In this document: positions 56,813 through 64,000 of the stretch, piece after piece
Numbering within the stretch: position 1 is the first letter of the stretch
How the letters are laid out: each line of letters begins with the position of its first letter
Origin: Vicinamibacteria bacterium
GTDB taxonomy: Bacteria > Acidobacteriota > Vicinamibacteria > Marinacidobacterales > Marinacidobacteraceae
Direction of reading: 5' to 3'
NCBI GenBank assembly: GCA_963422395.1
Contig: OY729431.1
Span: 2,784,001 to 2,848,000, forward strand
DNA length: 64,000 nucleotides
Translations under genes and position numbers: made by a program
The notes under the pieces: model-generated
Seen by the model: the letters and a program-made list of their open reading frames with translations, nothing else
The model's database searches: none
What the model was told of the DNA's origin: nothing

Positions 56813-57903
56813 CCAGGCGAGGACTGTTCGCGGCGGGGGCGTTCTTCGCCCGCGGGGAAACTGTCCGTGCTGGTTCGATCGCGGGGAGGGAAGAAAAAAC
56901 CGATCCCCCAACTCAGCTGCATGGCGGCCAGAACCAGCGGGAGCAACGCCGCAACGAAGGTGCGTCGACGGATTCCGACCACCAACGAACCGGCGGCGAG
57001 GGCGGTGAGATAGACGCTCGGAACCACCGCGCCGACCCAGGGGCTGACGACCAGCGCCAAAACCGCGGAAATGGCCAGCGCCCCGACCAGGGCCGCTCCG
57101 GCTCGATGGCGAAGCAATGTCGCTCCGGGGTGCCGCCGCAGCACGATCCGCTTCCAGCGGCCATAGTCGAAAAACTGCGAGGCGAGTGTCTTCAGCGTGC
57201 CGCGAGGTCGATACTCCACCACCAGCTCGGGGTCGAACCACACGGTTTCTCCGCGCTCCCGGAGCCGCCAGTGGAGTTCGTAGTCTTCCCCGCGAACGAG
57301 ATCGGGATCCACTCCTCCCACCGCCTCGAGCGCATCGCGCCGGAACACGCCCAGAAAGACGGTATCCGCCGGCCCCTCGGGGCCGCCGAGCCGATAGCGG
57401 GCCCCGCCCGCGCCGAGCATCGAGCTCATCGCCATCGCCACCGCACGCTCGAAGAGCGTGGAGCCGACCGGGTTCTGGCGGCCTCCGACCACCGCAGCCC
57501 CGGTTCGCGAAAGCGTTTCCACCGCACGCCGCAGGTATCCCGGCCGCAGGAAAGTGTGCGCGTCGCACCGCACGATGATCGCCCCGGTTGCCGACCGCAT
57601 CGCGGCGGCGATCCCGTATCCGATGATCCGCTGCGGATTGGGAACCAGCCGCACTTTCGGATAGCCCTGCCGGATCACTTCGGCGGTGGCGGGACCCTCG
57701 GAACCGTCAGCGACGACCACCTCGATAGGTCCCGGGTAGTCTTGACCCTCGATGGAATCGAGGGCTTGGGCGATGGTCGCTTCGCCGTTCCGGACCGGGA
57801 GGAGGACCGATATCCGGGGAAAGGCAGCGTCTTCGCTTCGCCGGTCAGCGCTCCCTGGTGAGACAGAGCCTCCGCGCCGATCTGGAAGAGCCGACGCACT
57901 CAT
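56809..57903 (-). CDS. Glycosyltransferase family 2 (ExoA-like)
   Basis: ISVLLPVRN, RCDAH, GEDYEL, QFFDYGRW, C-terminal TMs. Confidence 0.9.
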   Translation of the reverse strand: MSASALPDRRGGSVSPGSADRRSEDAAFPRISVLLPVRNGEATIAQALDSIEGQDYPGPIEVVVADGSEGPATAEVIRQGYPKVRLVPNPQRIIGYGIAAAMRSATGAIIVRCDAHTFLRPGYLRRAVETLSRTGAAVVGGRQNPVGSTLFERAVAMAMSSMLGAGGARYRLGGPEGPADTVFLGVFRRDALEAVGGVDPDLVRGEDYELHWRLRERGETVWFDPELVVEYRPRGTLKTLASQFFDYGRWKRIVLRRHPGATLLRHRAGAALVGALAISAVLALVVSPWVGAVVPSVYLTALAAGSLVVGIRRRTFVAALLPLVLAAMQLSWGIGFFFPPRDRTSTDSFPAGEERPRREQSSPG

Positions 57904-58093
57904 GGCTGGAGCGGATGATAGAAGATCGAGAGTGGCTTTCCGGTTCGGATCGGGTGGCGGCAGCGAGCTGCTGCCGCTTTCCTCGGGCCGACCATGCACC
58001 GATACCCGATCGGCGCCGGAACCGATGCTTCGGTCGATCCGGACTGGATGTCGGGCGTTAGGAGATCCACCCCACGGGGCTCCGCTCCGCGGG

Positions 58094-58660
58094 ATGGAAG
58101 AAAGCATACCGACCTACATCCTGGCCGGTGGCCGGAGCCGCCGATACGGCAGCGACAAGGCGCGCATCCCGATGGGAGGGCAGCCCTTGCTGCTTCGGGT
58201 AGCACGCGAACTCGCGGCGATCGCTTCGGCGGTCAGCGTGGTCGCCCGGTCCACCGACGCCTACGACGACCTGGGTCTCCGCACGCTGGCGGACTCGGTC
58301 CAGGACCAGGGCCCGCTGGGCGGGCTGCTCACCGCCCTGGAAGATGCCGGTCCAACGGCATGGATCTTCCTCGCAGCGTGCGACCTGATGGGAATTCGCA
58401 TCTCCTGGGCCCGAACCCTCCTCGAAGCGCGCCGGGAAGATGTCTCCGCTGTCGTCTTTCGCTCAGACCGATACCACCCGCTGTTCGCCTTGTACCATGG
58501 CCGCTCGGCGGGCGAAGTCCGGCAGAGCATCCACGCCGGCGATCTCAAGATGCAGCACCTGTTCGACCGGGTTCCGAGCGCGGTTCTGCCGGTGCCCGAG
58601 GATTGGGATCAACTGGTCAACCGGAACCGGCCCCGGGATCAGGAGCCCCGCGGTGGCTGA
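58094..58660 (+). CDS. mobA: Molybdenum cofactor guanylyltransferase
   Basis: ILAGGRSRRYGSDKA, GPLGGL, ACD, HPLFALY. Confidence 0.9.
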   Translation: MEESIPTYILAGGRSRRYGSDKARIPMGGQPLLLRVARELAAIASAVSVVARSTDAYDDLGLRTLADSVQDQGPLGGLLTALEDAGPTAWIFLAACDLMGIRISWARTLLEARREDVSAVVFRSDRYHPLFALYHGRSAGEVRQSIHAGDLKMQHLFDRVPSAVLPVPEDWDQLVNRNRPRDQEPRGG

Positions 58661-60959
58661 GCCCCGGGTAACTGCCGGCGGCGGCTGGCCGGCCATCGGC
58701 TACACGGTGCGAAAGGCTCTCTCGGCCGGAAACCCGCTCGATTTCTACCGGCGGATGCGCAGCCGGAACACCTGCAAGACCTGCGCGCTCGGAATGGGCG
58801 GCCGAAACGGCGGCATGGTGAACGAAGCCGGCCATTTTCCGGAGGTCTGCAAGAAGTCGGTCCAGGCTCAGGCCGGCGACATGCAGCGGCCGATTTCGGA
58901 GGCCGCGCTCGAAGCCCTTCCCTTCCGCCGGCTTTCGACGCTGCCCTCCGCCGCCCTCGATCGGTTGGGCCGGATCGCCTTTCCCCTGATCGCAGACGAG
59001 GGGGACGAGGGTTTTCGCCGCATCGGCTGGGATGCGGCGCTCGATCTGGCGGCGGAAGCGTTTCGATCCGCGCCTCCGGAGCAAGTGTTCTTCTACTCCT
59101 CGGGGCGGTCGAGCAACGAGGCGGCCTTCCTGATGCAGATCGCCGCCCGAGCGTACGGCACCGCGAACATCCACAACTGTTCGTTCTACTGCCACAGCGC
59201 TTCCAGCGTGGGCCTTTCCCGCGTTTACGGATCGGGAACCGCCTCGGTAGTCCTCGACGATCTGGCGAAAGCGGATCTGGTGCTGATCGCCGGAGCGAAC
59301 CCGGCCAGCAACCACCCGCGGCTGATCTCCCAGCTCGTCGGCGTGCGGCGGCGCGGCGGCCGGGTGATCGTGGTGAACCCGCTGCGCGAACTCGGGTTGA
59401 CGCGGTTCCGGATCCCTTCGGACTGGAAGAGTCTGCTCTTCGGTTCGACGGTCGCGGATCTCTATCTCCAACCCCATGTGGGGGGCGATGTCGCGCTTTT
59501 CAAGGCTCTGCTCAAGGGAATCCTGGAGAGCGGGGGCCTCGACGAGGACTACATCCGCCGCTTCACGAACGGCTTTCACGAGACTCGGGCCGATATCGAA
59601 GGAACGCCGTGGAGCGCCCTCCTGACTGCCAGCGGGACAGATCGCACCGAAGTAGAAACCGCCGCCCGGATGCTGTCTCGATCCCGGCGGGGGATCTTGT
59701 GCTGGGCGATGGGCCTGACCCACCACACGCACGGAGTGGACAATGTGCTCGCCCTCTCGAACCTGGCGCTGGCCCGCGGCTGGCTCGGTCGGCCGGGCGC
59801 CGGCCTCCTGCCGATCCGCGGCCACTCGAATGTCCAGGGGGTCGGCTCCGTGGGCGTGACCCCGGTACTCAAGGAGGCTTTCGCCCGAAACCTCGAAAGA
59901 CTCTACGGCATCGCGCCCTCCGGACAGGCGGGAATGGACACCTTCGCTTCGATGGAGGCGGCGGCTCAGGGACGCATCCGGGCGGCGTTCCTGCTCGGAG
60001 GGAACCTGTTCGCGAGCAACCCGGACCGGCGGTGGGCGGCACAGAGTCTCCGCCGCATCGAGACCTCCGTCTTCGTGTCCACGAAGATGAACGAAGGCCA
60101 CGTACACGGCCGCGGCCGACGAACCCTGATCCTCCCGCCGCTTACACGCGACGAGGAAGCGCAGGCGACCACGCAGGAATCCATGTTCAACTTCGTGCGC
60201 CTGTCTGCGGGCGGACACCGGGCCGCGAGCGCGGAGATGCGCTCCGAGGTGGACATCATCGCCTCGCTGGCGCGCCGAATCCTGCCGGAGGACCGGTTCG
60301 ACTGGAACGCTCTCGGCTCCCACCGAGAGCTGCGCGCTGCGATCTCCCGCGTGGTGCCAGGGTACGAAGAGATCGCCGAGATCGAAGGACGGGGCGGCGA
60401 ATTCCAGATCGGGGGCCGGACCCTCCACGAACCCCGATTCGGGACCGGCGACGGCAGGGCTCGTTTCCAGATCACGCCGCTTCCGGCGTTCCGGGTGCCG
60501 CCCGGCGAATTCCGATTGATGACGCTGCGGTCCGAAGGACAGTTCAATACCGTGGTGTACGAAGAAGAGGACCTCTACCGGGGAAACACCCGCCGCGATG
60601 TGGTGATGATGTCCGTCGCCGACGCCGCCGACCGGGGATTTTCGGAGGGGGACGCGGTTCGGGTGGTGACCGAGACCGGGGCTCTCGAAGTGGTGGTCGC
60701 CATCGTGGACATTCGCTCCGGGAATCTGGCCATGTACTACCCGGAAGCCAACGCGCTGGTGCCGCGGCGCGTGGACCGACGGTCCGGAACCCCCGCCTTC
60801 AAGTCGGTGCGGGCCCGGATCGAGCCCCGGCCTCGTCCCGCTGCGGAAGGACGATCCGGCGCCGCAGCAGCTCGGCTTCGACCGGCGCCGGAGAGGCCTG
60901 CCGCCCGGACTGCTCCGAGATCTGCTCCGAGAGCAGGAGGCGGGCAGCCCGGTTCGTGA
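58653..60959 (+). CDS. FdhF/YdeP-family molybdopterin oxidoreductase
   Basis: AGGGWPAI, CKTCALGMG, YSSGRSSNEA, NCSFYCH, RGHSNVQG, TLRSEGQFNTVVY, TPAFKS. Confidence 0.92.
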   Translation: MAEPRVTAGGGWPAIGYTVRKALSAGNPLDFYRRMRSRNTCKTCALGMGGRNGGMVNEAGHFPEVCKKSVQAQAGDMQRPISEAALEALPFRRLSTLPSAALDRLGRIAFPLIADEGDEGFRRIGWDAALDLAAEAFRSAPPEQVFFYSSGRSSNEAAFLMQIAARAYGTANIHNCSFYCHSASSVGLSRVYGSGTASVVLDDLAKADLVLIAGANPASNHPRLISQLVGVRRRGGRVIVVNPLRELGLTRFRIPSDWKSLLFGSTVADLYLQPHVGGDVALFKALLKGILESGGLDEDYIRRFTNGFHETRADIEGTPWSALLTASGTDRTEVETAARMLSRSRRGILCWAMGLTHHTHGVDNVLALSNLALARGWLGRPGAGLLPIRGHSNVQGVGSVGVTPVLKEAFARNLERLYGIAPSGQAGMDTFASMEAAAQGRIRAAFLLGGNLFASNPDRRWAAQSLRRIETSVFVSTKMNEGHVHGRGRRTLILPPLTRDEEAQATTQESMFNFVRLSAGGHRAASAEMRSEVDIIASLARRILPEDRFDWNALGSHRELRAAISRVVPGYEEIAEIEGRGGEFQIGGRTLHEPRFGTGDGRARFQITPLPAFRVPPGEFRLMTLRSEGQFNTVVYEEEDLYRGNTRRDVVMMSVADAADRGFSEGDAVRVVTETGALEVVVAIVDIRSGNLAMYYPEANALVPRRVDRRSGTPAFKSVRARIEPRPRPAAEGRSGAAAARLRPAPERPAARTAPRSAPRAGGGQPGS

Positions 60960-61602
60960 CCGCGGCGACCGCGAAGCTCACCCCGAAGTAATTCCTTTCG
61001 CGGGGCAACGGGGGCAAGGGTCGGGCCCAGGGGGCGGCCAGCAGCACGCGCCCCCGCCGGGCGAACCGACCGCGCTCGAGATGCGCGTCCGCCTCCACCC
61101 CGATCAGCCCCCGAACCCGGAGCAGCGCGCCCGGGATCAGCAACACTCCCTGGCTGCGGCGGGGAGCGATCAGAGTCGATCCCGCTTCCCCCGCTTCGAC
61201 CGCAGCCGTGCGGAGGAGCTGTTCCCCTTCCGGGTCGCTCCCCGCCGGAACGCCGGCGCTCAGGTTCGCGAGCTGCGCGCCGTTTTCGGCCGCCCAGCGG
61301 ATCCCGGCGGCGAGGCACTCCGCGGGAGCGTCCAGCCGGCGGCCGAAGACTCGCACCGAGAGAAGAGCGTAACGGTCTGGGGGAAGCCCCTCGGAGACGG
61401 CGGCAGCCACTGCGGTGCCATGACCGATCTCGTCGGCCCAGGCGGCAGCGCCGGCTTCCATGAGACCCGCTCTCCCTTCGGAGAGACGGATGCGCACACC
61501 GTCTGCCACCGGCCCCACCTGCCGGTGCCGGGGATTCACTCCGCTGTCCAGGATCGCGATCCGCAGGCGGCCGCCGACCGATTTCCCATCCTCTCCGGCC
61601 AT
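60799..61602 (-). CDS. Minimal S8 subtilisin-like peptidase (QhpE-like)
   Basis: Triad motifs ILDSG, DEIGHGT, GVSFA; no signal peptide or prodomain. Confidence 0.82.
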   Translation of the reverse strand: MAGEDGKSVGGRLRIAILDSGVNPRHRQVGPVADGVRIRLSEGRAGLMEAGAAAWADEIGHGTAVAAAVSEGLPPDRYALLSVRVFGRRLDAPAECLAAGIRWAAENGAQLANLSAGVPAGSDPEGEQLLRTAAVEAGEAGSTLIAPRRSQGVLLIPGALLRVRGLIGVEADAHLERGRFARRGRVLLAAPWARPLPPLPRERNYFGVSFAVAAVTNRAARLLLSEQISEQSGRQASPAPVEAELLRRRIVLPQRDEAGARSGPAPT

Positions 61603-61606
61603 CCGC

Positions 61607-63289
61607 TCAGTCCACGGGTTCGATGCAACCGTTTTCGAATGCGAACCGCCGGTCGGCGGCTTCGGCGAAGGCCCGCCGGTGGGTCATCACCAGCGCGATC
61701 CGCTGGCGCAGCCAGGGAACCAGCCGGCGGATCAGCAGCGCTTCGGTCTCTTCGTCGAGCGCCGAGCTCGGTTCGTCGAGCAGGATGAGCGCCGGATCGG
61801 TGAGCACCGCGCGCGCGATGGCGATCCGCTGACGCTGTCCGGCCGAAAGCTGCTGCCCCCGCTCCCCGACCACGGTGGCGAGCCCGTCTTCGAGGGAGCC
61901 CAGGAAGCCGTCGAGCGCGGCGAGCCGCACGGCTCGTTCTACCGCGGCACCGCTTGCGCCGGGATTTCCGTAGCGGATGTTCTCGCCGATTTCTCCATGC
62001 CAGAGAAACGGCTCCTGTTCCACGACGGCGATCGGGCCGCGGAGCGCGGAGAGCGAAAACCGCCGGATGTCGGCGCCGCCCCAGGAGATCCGCCCTTCGT
62101 CCGGATCCAGGCGGCGGAGGATCAGGTCGGCGAGCGTGGTCTTGCCCACCCCGCTCGGCCCCGTGAGGACCGAGAGCGAGTGCTCGGGCAGGGTGAGCGA
62201 AGCGCGGTGGAGCACCGGGGCGTCGCCGCGGCCGTAAGACAGCGAAACCGCCTCCACGACCAGCGGCCCGCGCGGTCGTGTCGGATCGAGCGGATCGTCG
62301 GTTTCCTCGACTCCGGACGGCTGGTCGAGAAGCTCGAACACCCGCTCGAAGGAAGCGCGGGCGGCGCGCAGCCCCAGGTACTGCCCGAGCAGCCCCTGCA
62401 CCGGTCCGAAAAGCCGCATCTGATAGGTCATCGCCGCTCCGAGGGTTCCGAGGGTCATCCCTCCCTCGATCACCTGATGACCGCCGTAGAGGAACGCGGC
62501 GACGCCGGCGACCGCAACCAGCGAGGCGGGGATTCCGGATGCCACATAGGTGGTACGCCGGGCGAGCAGGAGAGAGCGGATGAATCGGTCGTTCTCCGAC
62601 CGGAACCGCTTGGCTTCCCGCTCCTCCTGGCCGAAGGCGACCGTCTGCCGCAAGCCGAGCACCGACTCGACGAGGGCGCTCCCGACCGACGCGCCCGCCT
62701 CCCGCAGTCGTCGGTTCTGGTCGGTGACCCGCCCGCGGAGCCGATGCAGCGAGAGTGCGGCGAAGGGGAGGAGGAGAATCGCGGGCAGCAGCAGCACCGG
62801 AGCGAGGATCGCGACGAAGGCGAGCGCCACCGCCAGCGCCACCAGGTTAGAGGCCAGCGAGAGCAGCAGATCACCCGCCGTCCGCTGCAGTTCGGAGACA
62901 TCGGTGTTCAGCCGCGAGAGGAGGTCCCCGGTGCGGGCGCCGGCGAAGAAGCGGGGCGAGAGCCGCTGCAGCCGCCGGTACACGGTCAGGCGAAGATCGA
63001 ACAGCGCCCGCGCCGAAATGCCCACATAGCGGTAGCCGGTGAAGGAAGTCACCACCAGCCCGCCGATCTGCATCGCCGCCATGAGGGCCGCGAGCCGGAG
63101 CAGGAGGCCGAAGTCGCCGCCGAGCAGAGCACGGTCGAGCAGCGGGACGAGCAGCAGCGGCCAGAGCTGGCCCGGCAGCCCGGCGAGGAACGAGAGCCCG
63201 AGCACGCCGGAGAGCCGCCGCCAGTAGGGCAGCGTCAGCCGGAAAGCCCGACGGTAGATCCCGCTGTCGCCCCCGCATCGAATCGCCAT
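61607..63289 (-). CDS. ABC exporter, fused permease and ATPase (QhpF-like)
   Basis: TM domain; GPSGVGKT, LSAGQRQR, LLDE. Confidence 0.9.
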   Translation of the reverse strand: MAIRCGGDSGIYRRAFRLTLPYWRRLSGVLGLSFLAGLPGQLWPLLLVPLLDRALLGGDFGLLLRLAALMAAMQIGGLVVTSFTGYRYVGISARALFDLRLTVYRRLQRLSPRFFAGARTGDLLSRLNTDVSELQRTAGDLLLSLASNLVALAVALAFVAILAPVLLLPAILLLPFAALSLHRLRGRVTDQNRRLREAGASVGSALVESVLGLRQTVAFGQEEREAKRFRSENDRFIRSLLLARRTTYVASGIPASLVAVAGVAAFLYGGHQVIEGGMTLGTLGAAMTYQMRLFGPVQGLLGQYLGLRAARASFERVFELLDQPSGVEETDDPLDPTRPRGPLVVEAVSLSYGRGDAPVLHRASLTLPEHSLSVLTGPSGVGKTTLADLILRRLDPDEGRISWGGADIRRFSLSALRGPIAVVEQEPFLWHGEIGENIRYGNPGASGAAVERAVRLAALDGFLGSLEDGLATVVGERGQQLSAGQRQRIAIARAVLTDPALILLDEPSSALDEETEALLIRRLVPWLRQRIALVMTHRRAFAEAADRRFAFENGCIEPVD

Positions 63290-63394
63290 CAGTTTCCGCA
63301 GGTAGAAGAACCGGGCAACCGCTCGTCATCCGGGCTGCCCAAGCGATGAAACCCCCGGACGCCAGGCGGCGCGTGCCGCCGGGGCGACCGTCCG

Positions 63395-64000
63395 TTACTC
63401 GAAGCGGAGTTCCAGCGGGGCGATCATGAAATCGCCGCCGGCGAAGATCTCGGTCTCCCGCTCCAGCGTCTCGGCGTCATAGACATACATGGTGTCGCCG
63501 ACTCCGGAGACGAACAGCCGCTTCCCGTCGGCGGAAACGATCAGCGAGGTGTTCGTCCGACCCCGTTCGAAGCCCTTCCGGCGCAGGATCACCTGCCGGC
63601 TCTCCATGTCCAGGACGGCAGCATCGCCGAGCCCGGCGTAGCCGCGCTTTCCGTCGGGAGAGAGCGCGAAGTGGGCGAGCTGCATCTGGGGTCCGACCTC
63701 GTAGTGGCGCACGGTCTTCTGCGGCAGCCGGATCTCGAGCACGCCGAAGAGGTCCATCCCCTGCCGGGGCTCCGTCGTTCGATAGATGCCGAAGAGGCGC
63801 CCGGGCTCGATCTCCTGCAGGCGGTGTCCCCGCACCCCGCCGTACCCCGGGGCGAGGGGGCTGTCGAGCGCGACCCGGTCCGTTTCCTCGAAGGTCTCGC
63901 CGTCGAGTTCGACGACCTGCTCGTTCACCAGGTACATCGAAGAACCGTCGGGGCTGAAGTGGATATTCGGGCGCCAGTCGTCCGCCCCGCCGAGCGGGAT
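63395..64000 (-). CDS. Beta-propeller protein (YncE/QhpB-like), 5' end outside the window
   Basis: FSPDGS, ALSPDGKRGY, VSADGKRLFV, VYDAETLE blade motifs; C-terminal AGGDF. Confidence 0.7.
   Translation of the reverse strand: MPLGGADDWRPNIHFSPDGSSMYLVNEQVVELDGETFEETDRVALDSPLAPGYGGVRGHRLQEIEPGRLFGIYRTTEPRQGMDLFGVLEIRLPQKTVRHYEVGPQMQLAHFALSPDGKRGYAGLGDAAVLDMESRQVILRRKGFERGRTNTSLIVSADGKRLFVSGVGDTMYVYDAETLERETEIFAGGDFMIAPLELRFE

Overview
High-GC bacterial window, probably Acidobacteriota (inferred from gene order and protein style, not verified). It is mostly housekeeping genes. The left ~19 kb is a co-oriented minus-strand run: hslV, hslU, a Pro/Glu-rich lipoprotein, fsa, acyl-CoA carboxylase genes, tamB, tamA/bamA, a SurA-like gene, a group-2-like sigma-70 factor behind a sigma-54-type promoter, and an amidase. 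The rest holds seven tRNAs, amidase_3-GerMN-rph-rdgB, ino1, gpmA, carD, thiI, a coupled dipeptidase/small membrane peptide/sodium:solute symporter operon, a glycosyltransferase/O-antigen-ligase cluster, mobA with an FdhF/YdeP-type gene, and a truncated IS481. At the right edge, a beta-propeller, ABC exporter and minimal subtilisin resemble the qhpB/F/E part of a quinohemoprotein-amine-dehydrogenase-type maturation cluster. The main unexplained structure is a dispersed ~195-bp MITE-like family with TAGCAGCCTGTGGA termini. It has two intact copies plus several degenerate or solo ends that coincide with stop codons, candidate -10 boxes, a tRNA 3' end and a signal-peptide coding region. No rRNA, CRISPR array or intact prophage/integrase was seen. 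All family assignments come from motif recognition by eye; no searches were run.
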